From a virus (Duplodnaviria; Caudoviricetes): 47,519 nucleotides of DNA. The DNA lies in IMG/VR virus record IMGVR_UViG_3300032234_000260, positions 1 to 47,519 of that record; one strand, written 5' to 3'. This document shows positions 15,691-24,302 of the stretch, in pieces. The notes below the pieces were generated by a model, which made no database searches, was not told the origin of the DNA, and saw nothing but the letters and a program-made list of their open reading frames with translations. The stretch's first letter is position 1. Each line of letters opens with the position of its first letter. The position numbers and the translations under genes are program-made.

Positions 15691-17075
15691 AACTAACACC
15701 ATATGAATATCAGCAAAGAGATATTGACAAACTTGTTGCAAATGATGGCACAGGTATAATTGCCACTCAAGTTGGTGGCGGTAAAACACTTATTGCAATT
15801 GAAACCGCTAAGAGGCTTGGAACTAAAACTAATTTAGTTGTAGCCCCCAAGGGAACGCACAAGAGAGCATGGGAGCGAACTATTCGCATGCAGATCCCTG
15901 AGGCAGATATTCAATGGTTAGATTCATCGTATATGGGCAGACAGTCGCTAAACAACTTGGCGAACAATGTTCCGGGTTGGTACATTATCAGCCCAGAGTT
16001 CTTCCGTAGATTCGGTTGGAGGGGTGTTACTCCTGACTTGGCAGTCTTTGATGAGGCTCACAGGGCATCTAATCGCAAGAGCAGAACCGCGATTATGTTG
16101 CATACCTTGAAGGCTAAACGCAGGATTGCCATGTCCGGAACTATTGCAGGCAATAACATTGACGGCATTTGGTCAATCCTGAAATGGGTTTACCCTGACA
16201 TCGCTGGCAATAGTTATTGGTCTTGGGTTGAGAAGTATTGTGAAACAAAGGTTGACTACTTTGCTGGTCGTGTTGTGACTGGTGAGCGCAGTCCGGGTTT
16301 GATTGTGAGTAGCATTCCATGCTACATTCGTCATCTAAAGCGTGACAGATGCTGTGAGTTCCATCCAGAGGGTATTGACCACCAACTGCCTAAGATGCAG
16401 ACAATTGTTCGCACAGTGAAGTTGAGTCGCGAGCAAAGATCGATTTACAAAACCATGGAGACAGACTTTGTGGCATGGCTCGGGGAGAATCCGCTAGTTG
16501 TTGAGGTTCCGGTTTCGCTACGCGTTAGGCTACGCCAGATAACGCTAGGCACTCCAACCATCGACAGTGAGGGTGAGGTTAGTTTTCCACTAAACACTAA
16601 GTCAAGTAAACTTGATGAATTGTTTGACATTATCAAAGATTCGGCTGAGGGTGAGAAGATGCTCATCTTGACACATAGCCAAAAGTTTGCTAAAGTAGTA
16701 GCACAAAGGTTGAGAAGTGCTGGTCATACTGCACAGGAGTGGTCTGGTGCAATAACCCAGACTAATCGCAACGCCATCTTGGAAGACTTTATTGAGAGCG
16801 ATTTGCGTTTCATTGTGGCAGTTATCTCTGCAATCGGTGAGGGCACAGATGGGCTCCAGCTGGCTTGTTCAACTGTTGTGTGGTTATCTAAGGACGACAA
16901 CGCTTTGCTCAACGAGCAAGCCGCTGGTCGCCTAGATAGGCAGGGTCAAAAGCAGTCTGTGTTATCTTATGAGATTGTTGCAGAAGATACTTATGACGAA
17001 GGCCAGATGTCAAGTCTGGTGAATAGGCAACTTGCCATGAATAGAAGTTTGAGGAAAGAAGTAGATGTTGAGTAA
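15687..17075 (+). CDS. SF2 (SNF2-like) DNA helicase
   Basis: Q motif PYEYQ, GGGKT, DEAH, MSGT, GEGTDGLQ and QAAGRLDRQGQ. Confidence 0.93.
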   Translation: MKLTPYEYQQRDIDKLVANDGTGIIATQVGGGKTLIAIETAKRLGTKTNLVVAPKGTHKRAWERTIRMQIPEADIQWLDSSYMGRQSLNNLANNVPGWYIISPEFFRRFGWRGVTPDLAVFDEAHRASNRKSRTAIMLHTLKAKRRIAMSGTIAGNNIDGIWSILKWVYPDIAGNSYWSWVEKYCETKVDYFAGRVVTGERSPGLIVSSIPCYIRHLKRDRCCEFHPEGIDHQLPKMQTIVRTVKLSREQRSIYKTMETDFVAWLGENPLVVEVPVSLRVRLRQITLGTPTIDSEGEVSFPLNTKSSKLDELFDIIKDSAEGEKMLILTHSQKFAKVVAQRLRSAGHTAQEWSGAITQTNRNAILEDFIESDLRFIVAVISAIGEGTDGLQLACSTVVWLSKDDNALLNEQAAGRLDRQGQKQSVLSYEIVAEDTYDEGQMSSLVNRQLAMNRSLRKEVDVE

Positions 17076-17253
17076 GGATACGGTGGAGCAAATGACTGAC
17101 GGACAGAGAGAGATTTATCTTGCAGGGCTAGAGGATGGCAAGGCTATCACAAAGCACCTTTTAGAGATGATTATCAAATCCGAGAGCAAGAATGTCAGTG
17201 GTTCGGTTTATACTAATGAGGAAGTAATCTCAATAATAAGGAGGCTGAAATAA
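17065..17253 (+). CDS. Hypothetical protein
   Basis: Packed between the helicase and zinc-ribbon genes. Confidence 0.55.
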   Translation: MLSKDTVEQMTDGQREIYLAGLEDGKAITKHLLEMIIKSESKNVSGSVYTNEEVISIIRRLK

Positions 17254-17465
17254 TGCCAACATATGACTATCGCTGTGTGGCATGCGAAAGCGTTGTAAGC
17301 GTAACAAGCCTAATCATGGAGACACCTAAAACGCCTAGTTGCCTGTCGTGCATAAAGCCGATGGATCGCGTTTATGGTGGAATAGCAGTAACATTCAAAG
17401 GCAATGGCTGGGCAGGTAAGGACGGGAAAAGTGAAATATCATATAACCAATCCGACAACAGGTGA
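17253..17465 (+). CDS. FmdB-family zinc-ribbon protein
   Basis: MPTYDYRCxxC...CxxC...RVY...FKGNGW. Confidence 0.8.
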   Translation: MPTYDYRCVACESVVSVTSLIMETPKTPSCLSCIKPMDRVYGGIAVTFKGNGWAGKDGKSEISYNQSDNR

Positions 17466-17697
17466 GATTGAGACCATTGAAACAAAGGTTGATATCGGCT
17501 TGCTTGAGGATTACAATGGCTGGGTAATTGAGAACAAACTCAACCCACCAACATATTCCCCACAGGAGTATGCAAAACATTTAGAACTGAAAAGCAAGGT
17601 TGTTGCAATCGAAAAGGCTCTGGAGTTTATTGAGAGTTGTGATTACGATTCACCAGCACTAAACACTTTAGTTAGGATTTTGACCAATGAAGAATGA
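17404..17697 (+). CDS. Hypothetical protein
   Basis: Open frame between neighbours. True start may be GTG at 17431. Confidence 0.55.
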   Translation: MAGQVRTGKVKYHITNPTTGEIETIETKVDIGLLEDYNGWVIENKLNPPTYSPQEYAKHLELKSKVVAIEKALEFIESCDYDSPALNTLVRILTNEE

Positions 17698-18232
17698 AAT
17701 ATCCGGCTTTGAACCGGTTTACGATGAAAAGAGAAATATGTTTGTTGATAAAGATGCAGAACCAGCGGTAGTAGAATTCGCTGAGGTAAAAGAATCTAAG
17801 GAAAGATCTCCTAGAATCAATCCAGACGCAATCCCGGTTTTGGCTGTTGCGGTAGGCTTGGTGTCTATTCTGATGCTGTCTTCCTTTATTGTGTCGTTCA
17901 GTGGTATCTATGAGGTATCTGCATGGACTGGCATTCCAAAGGTATTGCAGTGGCTACCAGCCCTGTTTATAGATGCCGCAATTCTGGCTTACACGATCTC
18001 TCTGATTGTGTTCAAGGCTAGAGGTGAGAGCACTTGGAGAACACTAATAGGTTTGGTTTCTTTCGCGTCAATTAGCGTTGTGGCGAATGTTGCCCATACA
18101 CTTGCTTTTTGGCAGGGAAGTGTGCTAGACTATCGAGCATGGATTGGCGTGTTGATTACTGCAAGCGCACCTATTGCTGTGTTGTTAGCATCAGAAGAAA
18201 TCACTAGACTGGCTTTCGCTAAGCCTGAATAG
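17687..18232 (+). CDS. DUF2637-like four-TM membrane protein
   Basis: SFIVSFSGI, WLPALFIDAAI, SVVANVAH and APIAVLLASE. Confidence 0.7.
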   Translation: MKNEISGFEPVYDEKRNMFVDKDAEPAVVEFAEVKESKERSPRINPDAIPVLAVAVGLVSILMLSSFIVSFSGIYEVSAWTGIPKVLQWLPALFIDAAILAYTISLIVFKARGESTWRTLIGLVSFASISVVANVAHTLAFWQGSVLDYRAWIGVLITASAPIAVLLASEEITRLAFAKPE

Positions 18233-18250
18233 CAATAAATAAGGAGAACA

Positions 18251-18664
18251 ATGGCTAGACCAAAGGGTATAACCCCAGTAAAAGAAAAGATAAAGCCGAT
18301 AAGGGGCGAAAGCCACACTGCGCTTTTTACATACATTCACACAGGCATAAAGTCTGAGGCTGTTCAGCCGATGATTGCATTGCATGACGCTATGGATAAA
18401 GCCATTGAATCAAAAGAGTATTGGCCTTGCCTAAACAACCCATACTTCTACACAGAATACGATAGTCTGGGTTTTGAAGATGAGGAGGGCAGGGCTCTAT
18501 ACAGACCAATAACAGTAGACCAAGCGGAGATGCTGTGCCATGGATGCCCACTGCTAAAGCAGTGCTATGATTTTGCAGTTGCAAATGAAGAGCGATACGG
18601 CATCTGGGGTGGCATTGACTTCTCAGCAGATTACGACGAACTATTCCCGGAGGACATGGAATGA
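18251..18664 (+). CDS. whiB: WhiB-family transcription factor
   Basis: C...A..LCHGCPLLKQC..FA..N.ERYGIWGG. Confidence 0.9.
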   Translation: MARPKGITPVKEKIKPIRGESHTALFTYIHTGIKSEAVQPMIALHDAMDKAIESKEYWPCLNNPYFYTEYDSLGFEDEEGRALYRPITVDQAEMLCHGCPLLKQCYDFAVANEERYGIWGGIDFSADYDELFPEDME

Positions 18665-19383
18665 TTACAGATAACAGAATTAGAGAAATGGCTCTAGGCT
18701 TGTTCAAGCAAGAGAGCGAACGCGACAAGCAAAAGAAAGTCGGAGCATCTGACTTCTCTGATCCTTGTGAATACCACTTAGCCAAAAAGCTTATGGGGCA
18801 TCCACAGGAAGAGTTCAAGTATTATCTTGGTGCAAAGATTGGAACTGCGACGCATGAGTTCCTAGAAAAGCGCATTGAGACAGTTGACCTTGATGAGTAT
18901 CCGGAGTTTGCTAACGCAGTTATCGAGGAAACTATCTTCCTTGGCGAACTCGAGGGTTACGGCACAATCAAGTCTAAGCCTGACCTTGTGCTAGTAGACG
19001 GCAAGCATTTAGTCGACTGGAAGACCTCTAAGCGTGATAAGTCTAGGCAACTGCAAGATGTTGTCCATGGCCTCGCTAAGGACACCAAGGTGGCAAAGGA
19101 GGCCGCTTATAGCCTCAAGAAGTACTATGCTCAGGCACAGATTTATGCTTGGGGATTGAACAACTCTGGCACCGAGATCGATGGTTGTTCACTTGTGTTT
19201 ATCAACCGCGATGGAACTTATGACCCTGATGTGTGGACTTGGACATTTGCTTACGACGAGGAATTTGCTCTAAGCATGTGGTCTAGGCTAGAACGCATCT
19301 GGTCTGAGTTGCAGTCCGGAAAAGAAATCGAATCGTTCGAGCGCGAGCCAGAATGTTTCAACTGTAAAGTGTTTGAGGCCTAG
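18661..19383 (+). CDS. Cas4-like PD-(D/E)XK exonuclease
   Basis: GASD...C, GTATHE, PD...LVDWKT, QxxxY and C-terminal CFNC. Confidence 0.85.
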   Translation: MITDNRIREMALGLFKQESERDKQKKVGASDFSDPCEYHLAKKLMGHPQEEFKYYLGAKIGTATHEFLEKRIETVDLDEYPEFANAVIEETIFLGELEGYGTIKSKPDLVLVDGKHLVDWKTSKRDKSRQLQDVVHGLAKDTKVAKEAAYSLKKYYAQAQIYAWGLNNSGTEIDGCSLVFINRDGTYDPDVWTWTFAYDEEFALSMWSRLERIWSELQSGKEIESFEREPECFNCKVFEA

Positions 19384-19386
19384 GAG

Positions 19387-19617
19387 GTGAATATGGATAA
19401 AAGAATAATTTTTATTACGAGTGGGTGGATTGTGTTTGCAATGCGTTTCGGATTTGCCGGTGTTATGGTATGGGCAAGTACTGATGTCACGAATCAAGCA
19501 CTGCAGTTCACCTTGATAGGTCTTGCTGCAATTTTCTTTGGAAATGCAATCAGCCAGATAATCAAGATGTACGACTTCCTGAAAAAGGTCGACACGCTGA
19601 ATTTGACAATTGACTAG
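19387..19617 (+). CDS. Small membrane protein
   Basis: Two hydrophobic segments, AGGAGG SD (start may be the internal ATG). Confidence 0.6.
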   Translation: MNMDKRIIFITSGWIVFAMRFGFAGVMVWASTDVTNQALQFTLIGLAAIFFGNAISQIIKMYDFLKKVDTLNLTID

Positions 19618-19630
19618 AATATGGTATACT
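19603..19630 (+). promoter_or_regulatory. Promoter for the recombination/replication genes
   Basis: TTGACA-16 nt-TATACT with TGG before the -10. Confidence 0.7.
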
Positions 19631-19650
19631 GAATTCCCTAAGGAGGAAAT

Positions 19651-20379
19651 ATGACAAACTTTCCAGCATTGCCTTTCGAAAAGGCAATCAAAAAGGCCTC
19701 GGCCCTAAACGCACCAAAAACCATTCTTCTCTACGGAGACCCAAAGCGTGGTAAGTCATGGCTAGCGGCATCTGCCAGCGAACTAGCAGATCTCTCTCCA
19801 GTGCTCTTCATCGACACTGAGGGTGGCTCTTCTGCGATTGCTCGCGACTGGCCTGATGTGAATGTTGTGGATGGCGACACTCACGAAAAGCTAGACATCA
19901 TCATCAACTCGTTGCTATCTCAGGAACACCAGTACAAGACTGTCATTATCGACACTCTTGGTGTTGCGATGGATAGAGCAGAAAAGTTCTTTGGTGACAA
20001 GCCTGAGAACCGCAACAACAAGTTTGGTAAGTGGGGCGACCTAAAGGAGTGGATTACGGATATGACCCGTAAACTACACTCTGCTCCATTCCTTTCAATT
20101 CTTGTAGCACACGCACAGGACGAGAAAGACGACCAAACCGGTGCTGTGAAGACAGTGCCAATGCTACCGGGTTCTGCAAAGAACACACTGCCTGCAATTC
20201 CAGACATCATCGGCTATATGACTGCCGAGGCTGATGGCAACGGAGGTATCAACCGCGTCCTATACATGCAATCGTCAGAGCGCTTAGTGTCGGGCAACCG
20301 CTTTGGACTACCTGCTAAAATGGTAGACCCAAGCATCAAAAAAATAATCACATCAATTCCACAAGGAGGAACCAAATAA
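19651..20379 (+). CDS. AAA_24 / Sak4-like ATPase
   Basis: LLYGDPKRGKS, FIDTEGG, TVIIDT, LVAH and DIIGYM. Confidence 0.85.
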   Translation: MTNFPALPFEKAIKKASALNAPKTILLYGDPKRGKSWLAASASELADLSPVLFIDTEGGSSAIARDWPDVNVVDGDTHEKLDIIINSLLSQEHQYKTVIIDTLGVAMDRAEKFFGDKPENRNNKFGKWGDLKEWITDMTRKLHSAPFLSILVAHAQDEKDDQTGAVKTVPMLPGSAKNTLPAIPDIIGYMTAEADGNGGINRVLYMQSSERLVSGNRFGLPAKMVDPSIKKIITSIPQGGTK

Positions 20380-20852
20380 TGAGTAGTCTAAACTTCTCAG
20401 CTGACGCGTTTGAATCGTCAGGCTCATATTCACCAGTGCCAGCAGGCACTTACAACGCAACAATCTACGAGGTAAAGATTGTTCAGGTCAAGTCTGGCGA
20501 AAACGCTGGCAAGGATCAGTTCAATGTTCAGTTCCGCATCTCAGATGGGCAGTACGAGAACCGTCGCCTATTCACCTACATTCCTCTATACGCTGGTAAG
20601 GCGCAGTGGAAAGCTCTGGCATTCTTCAAGGCACTTGGCTACGAGCCAAAGCCAAACGAGCCATTCCAGATTCCAACTCCTGCAGACCTAGGTGGCAAGC
20701 CTATTGGTGTAAAGGTTACGGTTGTGCAAGACCAGAATGGTGGCGACGACAACAATGTCTCTGGCTTTTCCAGCCTAAAGGTTTCTGACGCAGTTCAGAA
20801 CCTGACATCAATCCTTGGTGCAACACCGACTAACAACTCTTCTATCTGGTAA
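20379..20852 (+). CDS. DUF669-like ssDNA-binding protein
   Basis: PVPAGTYNATI, G.YENRRLF and FFKALG, adjacent to the Sak4-like ATPase. Confidence 0.75.
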   Translation: MSSLNFSADAFESSGSYSPVPAGTYNATIYEVKIVQVKSGENAGKDQFNVQFRISDGQYENRRLFTYIPLYAGKAQWKALAFFKALGYEPKPNEPFQIPTPADLGGKPIGVKVTVVQDQNGGDDNNVSGFSSLKVSDAVQNLTSILGATPTNNSSIW

Positions 20853-20874
20853 TAATTTTCCAGTAGAAATGGGC

Positions 20875-20902
20875 AATCCTGAGCATGATTCAAAACTGCT
20901 CA
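20875..20902 (+). ncRNA. Compact H-type pseudoknot candidate
   Basis: AATC/GATT and TGAGCA/TGCTCA are interleaved, with a CAAAAC linker. Confidence 0.5.
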
Positions 20903-20905
20903 CAA

Positions 20906-20973
20906 GCCCCCACTGGTGTTTAGCGTTTCGTCTCCTTTCGCTAAAGATAAGTTCGATTCTTATCCGGGGCACC
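20906..20973 (+). ncRNA. tRNA-like RNA with an anti-SD loop
   Basis: Terminal stem GCCCC/GGGGC followed by ACC, T-arm ATAAG-TTCGATT-CTTAT, central stem TTTAGCG/CGCTAAA with loop TTTCGTCTCCTTT, no D-stem. Confidence 0.65.
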
Positions 20974-20976
20974 GTA

Positions 20977-21056
20977 GGGCCTGAAATGGTGTCGATTGCT
21001 CGTCAAAGCCACAAGTTGGAGCGAGTAAGACCACAGTTCAATTCTGTGCAGGTCCA
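20977..21056 (+). ncRNA. Mini-tmRNA (tRNA-like domain only)
   Basis: Acceptor GGGCCTG/CAGGTCC-A with G3.U70, stemless D-loop AAATGGTGTCGA, helix TTGCTCGT/GCGAGTAA, GAC linker, T-arm CACAG-TTCAATT-CTGTG. Confidence 0.8.
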
Positions 21057-21085
21057 CAAATAAAAACTGAATGAAAGGAGGATAA

Positions 21086-23281
21086 GTGAATACAAAAGAT
21101 TTTTTGGAGACAATCTTAGGTAGTAGCGCAGGTTATGCAACAATCGTAACTAAAGACGCTAAAGGTGTCCCGACTGTTCAGAAGTTTTTCAGCTATCCAG
21201 ATGAGTTAGATGAGATGGCAGAATACGCCATCGCCCACAAAGAAGAAGATGTTTACTTCTCACCAATTGTGTATTACGAGCAGAGACGCATTCGCGAGAA
21301 CGCAAAGTCTGTTGCGGTAGTTTATTCTGATGCAGATACTTGCAACCCAGAAAACTTTAGGATTACACCATCTATTGTTGTAGAGACTTCAAAAGACAGG
21401 TGGCATGCATACTGGGTGCTAGACGCATCTTCAGAACCTAACAGGGTTGCCATGCTGGCTAAGCAGATTGCATACGCACACCGCGAGCAGGGCTGTGATG
21501 TCTCCGGCTGGAACCCAACTAAACTACTTCGTGTCGCTGACACAAGCAATCTAAAGTACGATTCTTCTCAGCCTGTTGTAGCGACTACTAATGGCTTGAT
21601 TTACTCTATCGAAGAGATTGAAAAGGCTTATGCTGATGTAGCGGTTGACAAGGTGTTAGAGCCTAGCAATGACCCACTACCAGAGATTACATCAGATGTG
21701 ATGTCTGTGCTAGCAAAGATCTCCAGCAATAAGGAAGTTCTTTCGCTATACATTGACGAGCCAACCCCTAACGCAGATTTGTCTAAGATGCTGTGGAAGA
21801 TGGAGATGGAGTTATTCCGTCAAGGCTTGACTGCTGAAGAAGTTTTTGTCGTAGCAAAACATGCAAAGTGCAACAAGTACCACTCACCAAATAGACCTAG
21901 ACGCTTTGACGCTGATGGAGATCTTTGGCGTGAAGTGCTTAGGGCTAGAGATAGTTTTATCGCTAACAGTGCAAACCCAGAACCAATTGAGGACATCGAG
22001 GCTGATGAAGAAACTCGCAAGGTTGACTTTTTATCCGCCGAGGAGCGTGAATATGTAGCGAACACTCGCACATTTATTGACGACTATGTTGACTGGGCTC
22101 AGAAGAAAACTGATGGTGCTGTTGAATACCAGATTGCTGGTGCGTTTACGATTCTATCTTCTGCATTCTCCGACATTGGATGTGCTGCTCCTAAGTACGG
22201 CAAGATGGGCTTGAATCTCTGGTTCATGCTTTTGGGTGAAACAACTCGTAGCCGTAAATCCACAAGCCGTAACCTAATGCTAAGAATGCTTACTGCATAC
22301 GAAAAGTATGTTGGCTACCAGATTGACATTGGTTCTAACGCAACCGGTGAGGCGCTTGTAAAGCACTTATCAGGTCGCGATAAAATGACATCACTGTTCC
22401 ACCGAGATGAGGTGCAGGGTTTGTTCCGAGAGTTTGTGACAAAGACTTACATGGCTGCAGCTGCTGACCAATACACAGAACTTTACGATGGTAAAGTCCC
22501 TGTAATGTTGCGTTCTACTGGCGCACAGAACGGTGTAAAGGCTTTGCAGACTGAGCGAGCAGAAACAAACTTCATCATGTATCTGATGGGTATCACCAGC
22601 AAGGTTGCTGAGATTCTAACTGTGGACTACTTCCGCTCCGGTTTCTTGGCTCGTTTTATCTATGTAGTGGCTGATGCACCTGAGCGCTCAAGAGAGAGCG
22701 AAGATCTTGCACAGGCAAGCGAGCATGAAACCATTGTGCGTGACGATGAGATGGAGCGCATTATCCGTTCAGTTTACGACAGTGCGCTGTGGTGGCAGAA
22801 AAAGGGTGGCGTGTTCCCTAGACCAATCTTCTTGACTGATGAGGCTCTAAGCCGATTCAACGCGTTCAAGTGGGAGATGGGTAACTTTACTAACGGACAC
22901 CCAAATGAGGAGTCTATCGAGCCATCTCGCCAGCGTCTAGCCCTATCTGTGTGGAAGTGTGCAGTGCTACTAGCCCTGTATGACCGCTCAGAAAAGGTTG
23001 AGACCCAACACCTAGCTATTGCTATTCACTATGCTGAGGGCTGGTTCAAGAACCTAATTCGCATGGCTGGTGCTATCTCAGCGTCAGAATGGCAGAGAGA
23101 TGTTGATGGGCTTGAGGCGGTAATCCTTTCAAAGGGTGGGCGCATGCGTTACGAAGAGGCGTACAAAAAGTTCAGCAACAAGCGTAAGCGCGAGTTTGAT
23201 GAAATGGTTGATGCACTGCGTTCGCAAGCTAGACTAAAAGTATTTGTAGAGGGCAGTAAGACATTTTTGGAGTTGATTTAA
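21086..23281 (+). CDS. DNA primase (RepB-like) fused to helicase-like domain (DUF3987-like)
   Basis: DVYF, YSDAD, VETS..RWHAYW and LLRVADT.NLKY in the N-terminus. GETTRSRKST, HRDE and SGFLARF in the C-terminus. Confidence 0.85.
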   Translation: MNTKDFLETILGSSAGYATIVTKDAKGVPTVQKFFSYPDELDEMAEYAIAHKEEDVYFSPIVYYEQRRIRENAKSVAVVYSDADTCNPENFRITPSIVVETSKDRWHAYWVLDASSEPNRVAMLAKQIAYAHREQGCDVSGWNPTKLLRVADTSNLKYDSSQPVVATTNGLIYSIEEIEKAYADVAVDKVLEPSNDPLPEITSDVMSVLAKISSNKEVLSLYIDEPTPNADLSKMLWKMEMELFRQGLTAEEVFVVAKHAKCNKYHSPNRPRRFDADGDLWREVLRARDSFIANSANPEPIEDIEADEETRKVDFLSAEEREYVANTRTFIDDYVDWAQKKTDGAVEYQIAGAFTILSSAFSDIGCAAPKYGKMGLNLWFMLLGETTRSRKSTSRNLMLRMLTAYEKYVGYQIDIGSNATGEALVKHLSGRDKMTSLFHRDEVQGLFREFVTKTYMAAAADQYTELYDGKVPVMLRSTGAQNGVKALQTERAETNFIMYLMGITSKVAEILTVDYFRSGFLARFIYVVADAPERSRESEDLAQASEHETIVRDDEMERIIRSVYDSALWWQKKGGVFPRPIFLTDEALSRFNAFKWEMGNFTNGHPNEESIEPSRQRLALSVWKCAVLLALYDRSEKVETQHLAIAIHYAEGWFKNLIRMAGAISASEWQRDVDGLEAVILSKGGRMRYEEAYKKFSNKRKREFDEMVDALRSQARLKVFVEGSKTFLELI

Positions 23282-23467
23282 ATGGATGAGAATAACGCTA
23301 AAGCCTTTGTTTTAGGCTTTGACACAGGCAAGGCTTCTGAATTGGAGCGCATTGCAAACCTAATTGAAAAAGAGATTAAAAAAATTACAAACCCAATGGC
23401 GGTTAACAAGGGCTATCTTGACGGCCTCCAAACCGCACTCAACATTATTAAGGGAGAAATTAAATGA
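23282..23467 (+). CDS. Hypothetical protein
   Basis: Short helical ORF abutting the primase gene. Confidence 0.6.
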   Translation: MDENNAKAFVLGFDTGKASELERIANLIEKEIKKITNPMAVNKGYLDGLQTALNIIKGEIK

Positions 23468-23640
23468 ATGAGAATGTAAGACCACAAGAGATCTTTGTGT
23501 TTATTGGAATCTTTATTGCAATGATTGGTTTCTTGATTTATGGTTTTCTGTTTGCAGGTGTTGGCAAGCTAGATAACTGCTGGGACAACTACACAACCGA
23601 ACGCGAGGCAATTATGAACTGCGAGGGTGTAAATGAATGA
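23464..23640 (+). CDS. Small membrane protein (58 aa, not in ORF track)
   Basis: MNENVRPQEIFVFIGIFIAMIGFLIYGFLFAGVGKLDNCW..., with GGGAG SD and ATGA overlap. Confidence 0.6.
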   Translation: MNENVRPQEIFVFIGIFIAMIGFLIYGFLFAGVGKLDNCWDNYTTEREAIMNCEGVNE

Positions 23641-24028
23641 GCAACTAAACAGACTATATGCAATCAACGAGGCTATCTGGATTAGAGATAATGCACAGAA
23701 TATGAGCAAGGAGGTTCTTGTGCAAAGATTGCAAGATCTTGCTGAATATGATATGTTCTCGAATAGGCAACTATCTGCTATTTGTAATGGCATGATAAAG
23801 CATAACTCAATAGGGTTGTACATCAGAAAAGAAGATAAGTCTGGTGGTAGGTTTTCGCCAGTAAGCCTCGAAGATATACGCGAGGCCTTGTTCAGCAAAG
23901 AACGCGGTTCAGTTGATTACAAGTCAGTTGAAAAAGCTATCCTAGCAGGAACAAGCCAAGGCATGATTTCAAAGTTAACAGGAATAAATCAATCATCAAT
24001 TAGTAGGAGGTTCGCAAATGGAAGATAA
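23633..24028 (+). CDS. HTH DNA-binding protein
   Basis: GTSQGMISKLTGINQSSISR at the C-terminus and FSNRQLSAI near the N-terminus. Confidence 0.65.
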   Translation: MNEQLNRLYAINEAIWIRDNAQNMSKEVLVQRLQDLAEYDMFSNRQLSAICNGMIKHNSIGLYIRKEDKSGGRFSPVSLEDIREALFSKERGSVDYKSVEKAILAGTSQGMISKLTGINQSSISRRFANGR

Positions 24029-24302
24029 GTTCGTTAAAGATGTTTCAAAAAAATTCGATGAGGCCAGCAAGCTTTTGATTAAAAAGCACAAAGACTACGG
24101 GCCTACAAACATTGCTAATGCGCCGGGTGGTGCTTTGAATGGCTTGCGTGTGCGCATGCATGATAAGCAGGCTAGGATAAATCATTTAATTGACAATAAG
24201 CTTGACCCAGAAAACGAAAGCTTGCGCGATTCTTTCCTTGACTTAGCAAACTATGCGATAATTGCATTGATGGTTATAGATGAGGAATGGCCTAATGTTT
24301 AA
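24018..24302 (+). CDS. DUF1599-like nucleotide-modification-associated protein
   Basis: KKHKDYG..NI, VRMHDK.AR and ESLRDSFLDLANYAII. Confidence 0.75.
   Translation: MEDKFVKDVSKKFDEASKLLIKKHKDYGPTNIANAPGGALNGLRVRMHDKQARINHLIDNKLDPENESLRDSFLDLANYAIIALMVIDEEWPNV

Noticed and set aside
18661-19383. Cas4-like gene as a sign of a CRISPR system
   Set aside because: No repeat-spacer array or other cas genes were seen. Solo Cas4-like nucleases are common in phage recombination modules.
20906-21056. Canonical tRNA genes
   Set aside because: Neither element has a D-stem or a 7-nt anticodon loop, so both are reported as tRNA-like RNAs.
20977-21056. attP remnant of a host ssrA gene, or a two-piece permuted tmRNA
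   Set aside because: No integrase was seen, both 5' and 3' halves are present and paired in normal order, and no coding piece was found nearby. Not fully excluded.
20815-21063. 82-aa ORF across the ncRNA cluster
   Set aside because: No SD or protein motif. RNA structure explains the region better.
24018-24302. A DNA hypermodification pathway
   Set aside because: Only the lone DUF1599-like gene is present. No thymidylate synthase, kinase, PurZ or deazaguanine genes were recognised.
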